A DNA stretch of 64,000 nucleotides from positions 4,533-68,532 of the IMG/VR virus record IMGVR_UViG_3300028559_000034. The stretch is one strand, 5' to 3'. The notes below the pieces were generated by a model, which worked only from the letters and a program-made list of their open reading frames with translations, searched no databases and was not told the origin of the DNA. Shown here piece after piece: positions 48,810 to 59,932 of this stretch; the stretch's first letter is position 1; every line of letters starts with the position of its first letter. This stretch comes from a virus. The position numbers and the translations under genes are program-made.

Positions 48810-48826
48810 ATAATTAAATTATCAAA

Positions 48827-50110
48827 TTATCCTTTAATTCTTTCTTTATATTGTAATTCCTTAATTGCTTGTAATTCAAAACTAAGATTATTTTCTCTTT
48901 TCTTCAAGTTACTTAAAGCTTCTTTCAAAACTTGTGTAACGCCAATAATTTTTACAGAACTTTCAACTTTATTGATATTAAATTTAACATCTTCTAATTT
49001 TAAAGTAATTTCTCTTTCTTTATCTTCCAATTTCTTTTTAGTAACTAATTCTTTTGATAATTTATTTTCGAAGAAATATGTTAAATCATAATTTAATTCA
49101 TTTCTTACTTCATTTACTAACTCAAGAGCTGATTCGTATTTAAAAAAAGAATTACCATATCTTTCATCACAACGATAAATAAATGTATTTTTTTTATAAT
49201 TAAATGCAAAAACTTCCAAAGTAGGATTAATTAAGTTACTAACTCTTTTAACTACATCAAGTTCTACAAAAGAATCAATATTTTTAGAAACTTCAACTAA
49301 TAAAGGATAGAAATTTTTATTAACAATAGGAACAACTGGTGAAGAGAATAAGCTTTCCAAAGTTGTTTCTTCATTTAATTCATCCTCATTAATAAATATT
49401 CCTCCTTTTGATGATACGGATAAACCAACTGTTAAATATTCTGAAATTCTAAAATCAATTCTAGATTCATTGATTACACAAAACTGCATAGCAGTTTGTA
49501 ATGTTCTTAAAGTACGAAGTCTTTCTTCATCTTTAATATTATTTTCTAATAATGTTTTTTCAATTGAATTTTCTGATAATACAAACCAAGAATCATTTAT
49601 AAATGCCAAATGACCATCTTCAACTTGTTCAACAATAGTATAAACGGATTCTCCTTTTCCACCACTTAATAAGTTAGCTCTTTGCTCAGGTGACTTAGAT
49701 AAATTGTGAACAAATAATTTAATTTCCGGAACCCAATCATAGACAGATAATTCATTAAGAATTTTAGACATTCTATCTTGATCAGTCTCAAGTGTAATAG
49801 TCTGTAATAAAACATTAATTGGATGTCTGTAAAGTTCTCCTTGATTTTTAGAATTTAAAACATTATATAAGTTCTTTAACTCATATAAAAGTTCATAATT
49901 TTTCATATCATCATTAAGACTTTCTAAAAAAGATTTAACTTTTTTATCATAAGTAAATGATTTAAGTCTTTCATTTAATGAAAGAATAACTTGTTTTTCT
50001 GATAATTCATTTGTGGAATTTAAATGTCCCTCAATTACATATTCAACGTCAGATTGTTCAAAAGACAATGACTTTTTGAAGTTAAACAACTCAAGTTTAA
50101 GGTTCTTCAT
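48827..50110 (-). CDS. Hypothetical protein, probably late/structural, C-terminal coiled coil
   Basis: 427 aa; TAATATATA at 50138-50146; followed by a terminator. Confidence 0.7.
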   Translation of the reverse strand: MKNLKLELFNFKKSLSFEQSDVEYVIEGHLNSTNELSEKQVILSLNERLKSFTYDKKVKSFLESLNDDMKNYELLYELKNLYNVLNSKNQGELYRHPINVLLQTITLETDQDRMSKILNELSVYDWVPEIKLFVHNLSKSPEQRANLLSGGKGESVYTIVEQVEDGHLAFINDSWFVLSENSIEKTLLENNIKDEERLRTLRTLQTAMQFCVINESRIDFRISEYLTVGLSVSSKGGIFINEDELNEETTLESLFSSPVVPIVNKNFYPLLVEVSKNIDSFVELDVVKRVSNLINPTLEVFAFNYKKNTFIYRCDERYGNSFFKYESALELVNEVRNELNYDLTYFFENKLSKELVTKKKLEDKEREITLKLEDVKFNINKVESSVKIIGVTQVLKEALSNLKKRENNLSFELQAIKELQYKERIKG

Positions 50111-50172
50111 ACTTTAGTATTTATTTTTTATATAATCTATATATTACAATTAAAAAGTCTATTTTTTCATTT

Positions 50173-51180
50173 TTATTTTTTAAAATCATTTAAATTTTCG
50201 GGATTATCTCGTAAATTTGCACTAGAAATAGGATATAAATTATTAAACCATCTCGTTTTATAAGGATAAACAACATCTCCTGTATTTTGTGAGAAAGATA
50301 TTACACCATTATGATTAATATTCTTACTAACTGTTATCTCAGAATCTATAATATTTATAGATGTAACATAAGTTCCATTTGGAATACCATCACCAATCAA
50401 TTGATTGCCTATACCAATTTCAGATATAGATGTAATTTTTTTATTTTCTCCTATAATATTTTTTGAAAAAATAGGACCTACTTTAATGATATTTGTAGCT
50501 TGTCCATCTACAATAACCGAAGTCCCAAGTGTTTCAATTTTAATATCTTTATTAGATGTGAAGGCAGGATAATAAGTTTGTACTTCAAGTGATAATGTTA
50601 ATTTAATTTCATTACTACTTTTTAAGTTTTTTTCTCTTGTTATCTCAATAGCATCAGTATCTGGCATAGTTAATACCGCATCAATATTCATATAATTATG
50701 TTCAAAGTATATAAATTTATATAACCAAAGAGTATTCATTATTTCCTGAGAACATTTAAAAACATCTATCTCACTTTTTAATAAAATAACTAAATCATAT
50801 GTAACAGTTATTGGAATTGCTCTTACCTGCCTAAGAAGTCTTTTAACTTCAACATTATCTTCAACTACAGATCTAAGCCAAACATTAGGATTTCTAAATT
50901 CATCACTTTTAATATTAAAATTATTAAAAGTTAAATGTCCTCTAGGAATTTGATCAGTGTTTAACTCAACATATCTATTTTCAGAAACTATATCATCTTG
51001 AAAAGAATCTAATAAAAATCTTTCATCACCAGTCAATGAGTAATATATAGGAACATTTACATTAATATCTCCAGATGTGAAGTTGTTTATCCAATTTAGT
51101 CTACCTTCTAGAGTATCTAAAACACATATTGTTAAGTCTCTAAAGAAAACTTCATTATAATTAAACTTTTGTCCTATCAT
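50173..51180 (-). CDS. Tail completion/sheath stabiliser (T4 gp15-like)
   Basis: VPIYY...ERFL...IPRG...P.TVTYDL.I...QEI pattern. Confidence 0.6.
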   Translation of the reverse strand: MIGQKFNYNEVFFRDLTICVLDTLEGRLNWINNFTSGDINVNVPIYYSLTGDERFLLDSFQDDIVSENRYVELNTDQIPRGHLTFNNFNIKSDEFRNPNVWLRSVVEDNVEVKRLLRQVRAIPITVTYDLVILLKSEIDVFKCSQEIMNTLWLYKFIYFEHNYMNIDAVLTMPDTDAIEITREKNLKSSNEIKLTLSLEVQTYYPAFTSNKDIKIETLGTSVIVDGQATNIIKVGPIFSKNIIGENKKITSISEIGIGNQLIGDGIPNGTYVTSINIIDSEITVSKNINHNGVISFSQNTGDVVYPYKTRWFNNLYPISSANLRDNPENLNDFKK

Positions 51181-51218
51181 GAGAGTATATATAAAAACAT
51201 TTTCTTTTCAATAAAATT

Positions 51219-52187
51219 ATGATAAAAAATTTACTACTTTGGGAAAAATATAGACCGAAAAATATAAATGATATAATACTATTACCAAGAATTAAATCAT
51301 ATTTTGAAAATGGTATTAATAAAAATTATATTTTCTATGGAAATTATGGAACTGGTAAAACATCATTAGCCAGAATACTAATTGGTAAATATTCTAAAGA
51401 TAAAGCTTTCTTAGAAATAAATAGCTCACTTTATACATCAATAGATGTATTGAGAAGTGATGTTGAAAAATTTTGTAAAACTCAACCTATATTAGAGACT
51501 GATGATCCAATAAAATATATTTTTCTAGATGAATTTGAAAGAGTTTCTCCACAATATCAAGATGCGTTAAAAGGATTTATTGAAGCTTATCATAAAAATG
51601 TTAGATTTATTTTAACAACTAATCATATAAATAAAATTTCAGATGGTATAAAATCAAGATTTACTTGTATAAATTTTGATTGTCAAAATACACAAGAAGA
51701 GAAATTATTAAAACAGGAGATTTATAAAAAAATAAAAAACATTGTATCACCTAAAGAAGAAATAGAAATTTCAAAAGATTATTTAGTAAATATAATAAAT
51801 AAAAGATTTCCGGATTTTAGAGGAATATTTGTAGAACTACAAAACTTCAAAGACACTGGTAATATTCATACTATAACATCTAATGTATCGAATAAACTAA
51901 AATTAGATTTATATAATATTTTATATGATAAAAGTATGAGTTATGAAAATATATATCACTTTATTATGGAAAATTTTGGACCAGAAAAAATAGATATTAT
52001 AATAACATTATTAGGTAAAAATTTTGTAGACTGGTCAATTCAAGAAAAAAAAGAGAATATTAGTAAATTATTTGAATTAAATTATATACTATCTGATTAT
52101 TCATCAAAACTTGAAACAAATACTGATCCTATAATTTTAGGATTAACAATAGTTGGAAAATTTAGAGATATTCTAATTGAAAAGTAA
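51219..52187 (+). CDS. gp44: Clamp loader ATPase subunit (T4 gp44/RFC-like)
   Basis: WEKYRP, GNYGTGKTS, FLDEFE, Q.ALKG.IE, RFILTTN, SRF, FPDFR. Confidence 0.92.
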   Translation: MIKNLLLWEKYRPKNINDIILLPRIKSYFENGINKNYIFYGNYGTGKTSLARILIGKYSKDKAFLEINSSLYTSIDVLRSDVEKFCKTQPILETDDPIKYIFLDEFERVSPQYQDALKGFIEAYHKNVRFILTTNHINKISDGIKSRFTCINFDCQNTQEEKLLKQEIYKKIKNIVSPKEEIEISKDYLVNIINKRFPDFRGIFVELQNFKDTGNIHTITSNVSNKLKLDLYNILYDKSMSYENIYHFIMENFGPEKIDIIITLLGKNFVDWSIQEKKENISKLFELNYILSDYSSKLETNTDPIILGLTIVGKFRDILIEK

Positions 52188-52206
52188 TTTTTAAATATAT
52201 ACCAAT

Positions 52207-52584
52207 ATGGCAGAATTCGATTTCAAAGATCATTATATTGGTTATAAAGGACATCCTAGATTTATTATCAACAAAATTGTTGAAGATGATGTAATAAGAG
52301 TAATTATTCAAAAATATGAAATGCTTTTATTCACAAATAAAGGAGACCTATTAGGTGATCCAGACTTTGGATGCGATCTAACTAAATTGTTATTTCAAAC
52401 TAGAATATCTGCTGAAGGAGTTAAAAAGATTATAATTGAACAAATAAGAAAATATATATCAGAATTGTCAACAACCAATTTTCAATTAGAAGTATCCTTT
52501 TTTCAAGATCCTGAAAATTATCAGGATGTACTACAAATAGATTTTCAATTAGCTGATTATGAAGTCTATGCTATAATATCATAA
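52207..52584 (+). CDS. gp25: Baseplate wedge protein (gp25-like)
   Basis: LLFTNKG....PDFGCDL..LLF, I..QI..YI.E. Confidence 0.75.
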   Translation: MAEFDFKDHYIGYKGHPRFIINKIVEDDVIRVIIQKYEMLLFTNKGDLLGDPDFGCDLTKLLFQTRISAEGVKKIIIEQIRKYISELSTTNFQLEVSFFQDPENYQDVLQIDFQLADYEVYAIIS

Positions 52585-52587
52585 ATT

Positions 52588-55500
52588 TTAAGGATAATAA
52601 GACTGTGTTATAGTCAAACCACCAGAAGTTGAATTAGTACCAAGTGTTAATCCAGATGAATCTATCAATAGTGTATCTGTTTCAGCCAACAAACCGTCAC
52701 TAATTCTGTATCTAAGAACATACGATTGAGTAGCTGAATTTGTTAAATCATTATAATAAGTAACAAGCATAATATTTGGTCCCCAATTTAAAGCAGTTGT
52801 TCTATTTTGGTAATATACATATCCAAATGAACCAATTGCTGAATTAAATCCATCAACAACTGTTTCAAAATTATTACCAAAATTATAGTTATCAGAAGTT
52901 TCAATTAAATTAAATCCATGTTGTGAGAATGTTGACCACCTAAATTCTTGTGGAGTAGAACCATAAATACTCCAATCAGCAAATGATTGAGTGTATGAAG
53001 TTATTAATGAGAAGTTATTACTAGTTCTATTATAAATAGTATAGTATTGAGGATTTAAACTACCAAAAGTTGAAAATGTCAATCCATAATTTAAACCAGT
53101 TGCTAATTTAGCAAGAATGTTATAATTAACCGGAACCAACCCTTGATTATTTGTAGTATTAACAGTATCTTTCCAATATGCTTTACCACCAACCGCAACC
53201 TCTCCACGAATTTCAACAGATACAGTTCCATTAGCAACCAAATTACCTGTCCAATTTAATTCATTTCCAATAATATAAGCTGAACCGATACTAGATACAA
53301 CATAAGAGTTTTGAATATATGAAAAATCACCATCTAATTCAATTCTAAAACTATTTGTAGTAAAACTAGAACTATTTCCAATAACATATGGATATCCGTG
53401 TTGAATACGTGGGTAGATAATATTATTAATACTATCTAAATAAGGTCTATCTGTATAATTTCCATATGGATCATTAAATCCTGATGTAAAAGGATATGAG
53501 AGCATTGTTAATTCAGCAACCTTAGAAACATCAGCATAAACCATAGGAAGTGTAGCATCTCGATATTTTTTTGTAGTTAAATTACTAAATGATTCAATTT
53601 CTTGAATATCAAGTATACCTTTTATTTCAAAATTCTTTCTATCTCTATAAATCATACCATATCCGTTATCGGAAGTAACCTCAATAACTAAATATGGAGT
53701 TATATTAGAATCGATTGTAAAATTAAAAGGATTTAAATTATTTACTTGTCTATATTCAGATATTTTATCAACAGGTGTTAAGTTAATCTCTTTCCATTCC
53801 GAAATATTTAACCAATTATAACCAACTCCCTCATCCAAAATTGGAGAAACAATTGAATTAGTTGCACCTCCTTGTTCAGTCCAAATGTATATTAATTTAT
53901 TATATTTAATAATATCACCAATTCTGTAAATTGATCCGTATATCCATGTTTCAGCATTTTCAAATTTTCTTGGATTATTAGTAATATTGTTATTAATTAC
54001 AGATTCATATAATTTATCATAATAAACAACTCTCTCACCTATTTGATAATTTCTAAATGCATACCATTCTCTATAAATTTCATATGTTCTAATATCAATT
54101 GTATAATAATCTGGTAATAAACTTGATTTTGGAGTTCCACTTATATAAAAATCCAAAACACAATTATAAACACTAGATCCACTATTAACTGGAAGTAAGT
54201 AAGCCTCATTTAAATCGAAAATAATTGGAGTAAAATTTTGACTAACATTAAATATTTGAGCATCGACAGATTGATGTATTATTGTTGTACCACTAACAAA
54301 ATCTGCTCTACCAGTTATATCAAGAATTTTATGAGTAATTGGTATTATATTTTTTTGTAACCAATATTTAAGTCCTTGTAATTTCTTTTGTACTTCTTCT
54401 AAAGTATAATATAAAATATTATTACCCTCATTATCTGTAATTCTAAATGTTAAATTAAATAAATTTGTATCTTCAAATTTAGGATTGGGAAAAGTATGTT
54501 TGATGAAATCATTATCTTTCCATCCTTCAGTATTATTATCAAATATATCTGGTATTTCTACTTTAAATAATTTATAATAATTTTCAGATTCTATTTCTAT
54601 ATTTCTATAATATTCATATAATTCTAAATCATTATATCCAAAATAGTTTATAGCATTAATTATTGCCTTGTAACTACCAATATAAGGATATATTAGATTT
54701 TTCATCATTAACATCTCTTTTCTCTTTGAATTAAGATAACTCCAATCGATTCCTTCTTCTTTTATATCATATTCTTTAAAAATATAAACGTCATCTGAGG
54801 ATATCAATTTACCAACATTATTTAACTCTGTATGATATCTAATATCTTCTATTTCTGTTTGACCCAAAATATTAAATCTTCCTAATTCTCTATTCCAGAT
54901 CTTAAATCTACAAGATAAATATGTACTAATATTAATTTTTGGAAAATTATTAATTATTGTTGTTTCAAAATCTAAAGAATCGACTTCTTTAAAATAATCA
55001 ACAATAATTTCTCTACTAAAAATATTTCTTATTTTTAAAAGATATCCATTATTATTTGAAATATATTGTTTTTTATTATTTGTAGTATCTTTAATAAAAA
55101 TAGCAAGGTGTTGTCCAACTTTTAGTCCTCTAAAGTTACCTTCAATATCAGAGGTAAATAAACTAGTTGAATTATCATTTAGTGATATTTTACCATATCT
55201 ATCACCTGTAAATTCATCAAATATATTTTCAAATGTAATAATATCATTATTAATAGAAGTAGTTGTAATTGTAAAATCTACTTCTTCTTTTTTATAAAGC
55301 TGTAGAATACTTCTAAGACCACCTTCATCAGATGAATTATATCCTAGGAACAATTGAATAGGCTCAGGAACAACACTAACATCAGTATTATCATCAATAA
55401 ATTCTAAATCATTCTCAATATAATCAAAAATAGTCTGTTGATATTCAGGATAAGAAACTTTAGTAATATCTCTATTAGCCTTTCTATTAAGAACAACTGT

Positions 55501-58500
55501 CTCTAATGGTTTTGGACCATTATATGATAATATACCACTTGTTGATAATTGATCTCCACTAAAATCATACATAAAAAATTGAGGAACGTTATCAGAAAAC
55601 CACTTCCAATATAGACTAACTGTTGGACTTCCATTGAAATTTTCACGAGGTCTTCTTATATATTCTCTAACATTTAACCAAAGATAATCTCGATCAATAT
55701 ATTCCGGATTTAAAGTGCCATAAAAATTATCAGTTGAAGAAGTTGGAGAAACTGATTCTATTTGAAAAGAACTGCTTAAATAAACTTGAACTTCAACAAC
55801 CTGTTCGGTGTCAGGTTGTATAGCCCAAATACTCTTTCTATCTGGATTATAAATTAATTTTGTTAATCTACCACCAGAAAATGGTTCAGAGTGTTTCTGT
55901 TGACCGGTTGCTGTATCAATTGTTAATATCTGCGAATTTGCACCAATATACATATCTCCATCAAATTGATTTAAAGCAATATTACCATAATCCAATGTAG
56001 ATGCGGTATAATATAAACTATCAGTATCAACAAATAAAGATGAGAATATCAAATCTGTTGATGAATTCATCGAACTATTAAAATTATTAAACAATAATGA
56101 ATCAAAATTACCAGTAGAAACAGATGCAATATCAATTATAGAATTATTATCAATTTTTTTCAAATTTGAACCATCCTCAAAAACATAAATAGATTCATTT
56201 TCTGGATCATATGACAATGAATGACTAAATGACAATATTGCATAAACTGTATTAACACTTCTTGATGTACCATCAATTCTATAAACGCCACCATTAGTAC
56301 CAACATACATATCTCCCTCAAAATCATTAAATGCCATATTATAAGTGAAATATGTTGATGTATTGACTGTTGTAATTGAATCGGTTGTATCATAAATATT
56401 AATAAATGTTCCATTTTCAAAAGAAACATAAATATCACCATTATTATTATTCAATTTTATATCATAAGCATTTGATGTGAATGAATAAGATGCTATTAAT
56501 AAATTTACATAAGGATCAATTTTATAAAGTGTATTTCTAGAAAGAGCATATACATAATTTGTTATATTATTAAAACAAAGTCCTATACTATTTGTCAATC
56601 CTATTATATCAATATCAGAAACATTTAATCCATAAATAGAATCATATACTCTTATCTTATCACCTAGAACATAAATATAATTTGTAGGTTGTATATAAAC
56701 TAAATCTACCATACCAGTAATTCCATCATATTGATAAGGAATATAAGTATTTGACCAAATATATTCTATACTAAAAGCTGGATCAAATTGTTCTTTATCA
56801 TACATACCTTGTAAAAGATTTGGAACCCAAGCTGGTGGACAACCGGTCTGACCAAATCCTATTGTAAACGCAACAGTTGCAAATGCTGAATTATTACATA
56901 AAGAATCTGTCAATCCCCAAAAAGGACCTTCATAACTTAAATTAATAATATCAGGGTTTAAATAAAGAGAATTAAATTCAATATTTTGTAATGTATAATA
57001 TGTCTTATTAATACCAATTATTTGACCAGTTGCAAATCCAACTTCTTCAAGTGATTGACCACTAGCGGTTCCTAATATTATTTCATTAGATGTTATTAAA
57101 GCACCATGATTACCACTATATTTTTTTATAATTCTATAAGTTTCAATTCCTGGAAGAGATGATTTACCAACGTTAATTTTTAAATTAACTCTTTGTATTT
57201 GTTTTTTAACATTAAATTTAAGAGCACTAGCTGAATTACTAACATATATTCCAAAATCGTTTATAGTCTCAGCCCAACTTTCAGTCCAGTTTGAAAGAGT
57301 AGTCTGAATATCAGTATCAAATAATTCTTCATAAACTCTACCATTAACACTAACTGATAGGAATTTACCCATATCATAGAATGAAACAACAGTATGTTCT
57401 ATATAGAAATCTGCAGTTGTTCCAACCTGTACACTAAAATCAATAGGAACATTAGGAAAATCGGTACTTAAACTTATAGAGTTATAATATACTGATGAAT
57501 ATCCAACTGTTAAAAGAGTTGGCATTATACCAAGAGTATTTAATTTTAAAAAATGTCTAGTTAGCCAATTTCTTAAAGTTCGATCTATGGTTCTTTGCAT
57601 ATCAACAACTCCAGAAGAATATATCCAAGCAACTCTTTCACCATAAACCATTTTATTAATTTTAATAATAATACCAAATTCATCAATATCAGTAAAAACT
57701 ATATTATATTCCCAATTACTTGAATAATCATAATTAAATTCCTTAACCAATCTTTCATAGGTTTCTATACATTTTTCATATACATATTTGACACCACCAA
57801 TACTATATGATGGACCTACTTCATCATAATAATAATTTACTTTTAAATAATTAGTAGGATATATTAAATCTGCTTTTAATTTATAATCATCATAATATAA
57901 ATCTACATTAAATAATTTAAGTTCTGATTTAAACCTCTCAGCAGCAAATGCTAAAGTTATTTCAGATGATTGTGTATATGATTGTGTAAAATAAATATGA
58001 TCTTTTGTTAAATAAATCTCACCAGCAACTAATGATTCATTTGTTATTGTTCCTGAAGATGATGATGGTTCGATAGGTAAATATGTTGGTGTTGACCAAA
58101 ATAGTGTAGATGATGTATCTCCAGTAGGAGATATAGCCAAACTTTCAGAGGCCCCTGACCAAGTATAGGATTGAATACATTGATATATTTGATTATTCCA
58201 AATAACTTGACTACCAGTTGCGTAATATGTTAGATTAACATTACCAGTAAATGTTTTAATTCCACTAACTTTGAAGAAATCCGAATTTAAAGTAGAATTC
58301 GGAACTTTAAATTCTATACCAGGAGTTAATATGTCTGGTATTGGATCCGAAAATTCTAATATTTTAGAAGTAGAATCAAAATTAATGGGTCCTCTATAAA
58401 CCCTTGGTAAGTCAGTTCTAGTAATAACTTCAATTATTAAAGTTGAATCAGTAGGTATAGATTGTAAGTCATATTCAAAATGCACTATATCTACTATATT

Positions 58501-59217
58501 AGGATTTTTAATTGTTACAATTTCAACATCATCATATCTACCAGTTTTACTATAATTATCATTCTTTTGAGTATTAACTAAATTTAGCTTTCTATATTGG
58601 TATAATCGATCATAAAAAGTTGGCTCATTCCATAATGATAAAGTATCTTTAAGTTGTGGTGTTATATAGTTATAGATACCTATAATATCAACACCAGTTA
58701 TAGTAAGATCCTCGTAACTTGATGTAAGACCATAATAACCACTATATGTGCTTTCAAATAATAAGTTATTCATTGAAGAAACTATTAATATGGCACCTTT
58801 TTTAGAACTAACAACAGAGTAAATTCTATTATTATCCGTAAATTCAAATATCGGAGAATTAAATCTAATAAATGTTCCTAATTTAAACTTAGATTCTATA
58901 TTTTTACCATAAATCCATTTTGAGAAATAATCTTGCTCTTGATTAACAGGTTCTATTTTAGTTACTGACTGAGTAGATACACCTTGATAAAAATGAAAAC
59001 CATATTCATTAAATAATTGAAATCTTCTAAGACTTAAATTAGATTGATCTTCATATTCAAATGTAGGTATCTTCTCAAATAAATACAAAGCCTGTGTTTT
59101 AAAGGTATCACTTGAATTTTCCGGGAATAAAATATCACCCTCATATCTTTCGGATGTTTCATTGTAATAAAAATTTAAAGGATTTCCTTCTTTATCGAAG
59201 AATAATAAGTTTTGCAT
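52588..59217 (-). CDS. Giant baseplate/tail structural protein (2209 aa) with beta-propeller
   Basis: YncE-like repeats, baseplate-wedge-like IGSYKAIINAINYFGY, W...Y.IG..V.Y modules. Confidence 0.65.
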   Translation of the reverse strand: MQNLLFFDKEGNPLNFYYNETSERYEGDILFPENSSDTFKTQALYLFEKIPTFEYEDQSNLSLRRFQLFNEYGFHFYQGVSTQSVTKIEPVNQEQDYFSKWIYGKNIESKFKLGTFIRFNSPIFEFTDNNRIYSVVSSKKGAILIVSSMNNLLFESTYSGYYGLTSSYEDLTITGVDIIGIYNYITPQLKDTLSLWNEPTFYDRLYQYRKLNLVNTQKNDNYSKTGRYDDVEIVTIKNPNIVDIVHFEYDLQSIPTDSTLIIEVITRTDLPRVYRGPINFDSTSKILEFSDPIPDILTPGIEFKVPNSTLNSDFFKVSGIKTFTGNVNLTYYATGSQVIWNNQIYQCIQSYTWSGASESLAISPTGDTSSTLFWSTPTYLPIEPSSSSGTITNESLVAGEIYLTKDHIYFTQSYTQSSEITLAFAAERFKSELKLFNVDLYYDDYKLKADLIYPTNYLKVNYYYDEVGPSYSIGGVKYVYEKCIETYERLVKEFNYDYSSNWEYNIVFTDIDEFGIIIKINKMVYGERVAWIYSSGVVDMQRTIDRTLRNWLTRHFLKLNTLGIMPTLLTVGYSSVYYNSISLSTDFPNVPIDFSVQVGTTADFYIEHTVVSFYDMGKFLSVSVNGRVYEELFDTDIQTTLSNWTESWAETINDFGIYVSNSASALKFNVKKQIQRVNLKINVGKSSLPGIETYRIIKKYSGNHGALITSNEIILGTASGQSLEEVGFATGQIIGINKTYYTLQNIEFNSLYLNPDIINLSYEGPFWGLTDSLCNNSAFATVAFTIGFGQTGCPPAWVPNLLQGMYDKEQFDPAFSIEYIWSNTYIPYQYDGITGMVDLVYIQPTNYIYVLGDKIRVYDSIYGLNVSDIDIIGLTNSIGLCFNNITNYVYALSRNTLYKIDPYVNLLIASYSFTSNAYDIKLNNNNGDIYVSFENGTFINIYDTTDSITTVNTSTYFTYNMAFNDFEGDMYVGTNGGVYRIDGTSRSVNTVYAILSFSHSLSYDPENESIYVFEDGSNLKKIDNNSIIDIASVSTGNFDSLLFNNFNSSMNSSTDLIFSSLFVDTDSLYYTASTLDYGNIALNQFDGDMYIGANSQILTIDTATGQQKHSEPFSGGRLTKLIYNPDRKSIWAIQPDTEQVVEVQVYLSSSFQIESVSPTSSTDNFYGTLNPEYIDRDYLWLNVREYIRRPRENFNGSPTVSLYWKWFSDNVPQFFMYDFSGDQLSTSGILSYNGPKPLETVVLNRKANRDITKVSYPEYQQTIFDYIENDLEFIDDNTDVSVVPEPIQLFLGYNSSDEGGLRSILQLYKKEEVDFTITTTSINNDIITFENIFDEFTGDRYGKISLNDNSTSLFTSDIEGNFRGLKVGQHLAIFIKDTTNNKKQYISNNNGYLLKIRNIFSREIIVDYFKEVDSLDFETTIINNFPKINISTYLSCRFKIWNRELGRFNILGQTEIEDIRYHTELNNVGKLISSDDVYIFKEYDIKEEGIDWSYLNSKRKEMLMMKNLIYPYIGSYKAIINAINYFGYNDLELYEYYRNIEIESENYYKLFKVEIPDIFDNNTEGWKDNDFIKHTFPNPKFEDTNLFNLTFRITDNEGNNILYYTLEEVQKKLQGLKYWLQKNIIPITHKILDITGRADFVSGTTIIHQSVDAQIFNVSQNFTPIIFDLNEAYLLPVNSGSSVYNCVLDFYISGTPKSSLLPDYYTIDIRTYEIYREWYAFRNYQIGERVVYYDKLYESVINNNITNNPRKFENAETWIYGSIYRIGDIIKYNKLIYIWTEQGGATNSIVSPILDEGVGYNWLNISEWKEINLTPVDKISEYRQVNNLNPFNFTIDSNITPYLVIEVTSDNGYGMIYRDRKNFEIKGILDIQEIESFSNLTTKKYRDATLPMVYADVSKVAELTMLSYPFTSGFNDPYGNYTDRPYLDSINNIIYPRIQHGYPYVIGNSSSFTTNSFRIELDGDFSYIQNSYVVSSIGSAYIIGNELNWTGNLVANGTVSVEIRGEVAVGGKAYWKDTVNTTNNQGLVPVNYNILAKLATGLNYGLTFSTFGSLNPQYYTIYNRTSNNFSLITSYTQSFADWSIYGSTPQEFRWSTFSQHGFNLIETSDNYNFGNNFETVVDGFNSAIGSFGYVYYQNRTTALNWGPNIMLVTYYNDLTNSATQSYVLRYRISDGLLAETDTLLIDSSGLTLGTNSTSGGLTITQSYYP

Positions 59218-59301
59218 CTACTAATCAAATACTATTTTGAATATATATAAAAACTTTAATTCTTGATGGGGAATTAATATATAATAAAAATTCAAATATT
59301 T

Positions 59302-59883
59302 ATGAAATATCTTAAAAAATTTAATGAGGATGAGGTTGTTATATCAGAGCATCTTCAATACCATGTTAATAATGATATATCTATTACTGAAAATATTTTC
59401 AGATATGGATCAGAATCTTATTTTAATCTTTTAAAGGAATCTAGAGAACTATATGATAAAGGATTAGTTGAATTATCAGGACACGATAAAGAACTTTTTG
59501 AAAATTCAGATATTGGTCGATTTATAGTATTCGAAGGAGAATTAGTACCATTAGATTTACCATTGGAGATTATGATGGAGATTAATGAGGCAGAATATAA
59601 AGGTAGAGAGGTTGATTTAAATCATCCAACAAGAAGCTCAGGTCCTAAAAAGTATAAAGTATATGTTAAAAATCCAAAAACTGGAAATGTAAAAGTAGTT
59701 AATTTCGGAGATGTAAGTGGAGGATTGAGTGCTAAAGTATCTGATTCGAAAGCTAGAAAGTCTTTTGCAGCTCGTCATAAATGTAATTTGAAAAAAGATA
59801 AAACCACTCCTGGATTTTGGAGCTGTCGCCTCACAAAATTTGGACATCTTTTTGGCGGACGCACCTATTCCGGTTACTGGTAG
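59302..59883 (+). CDS. Conserved phage protein with leader MKYLKKFNED
   Basis: Basic C-terminal domain KKYKVYVKNPKTGNVKVVNFG...RKSFAARHKC...PGFWSCR; TAATATATA at 59275-59283. Confidence 0.75.
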   Translation: MKYLKKFNEDEVVISEHLQYHVNNDISITENIFRYGSESYFNLLKESRELYDKGLVELSGHDKELFENSDIGRFIVFEGELVPLDLPLEIMMEINEAEYKGREVDLNHPTRSSGPKKYKVYVKNPKTGNVKVVNFGDVSGGLSAKVSDSKARKSFAARHKCNLKKDKTTPGFWSCRLTKFGHLFGGRTYSGYW

Positions 59884-59932
59884 ACAAGAGGAGGTAAAAT
59901 ATTAATATATAATGGTAAATAAAATTATCATT

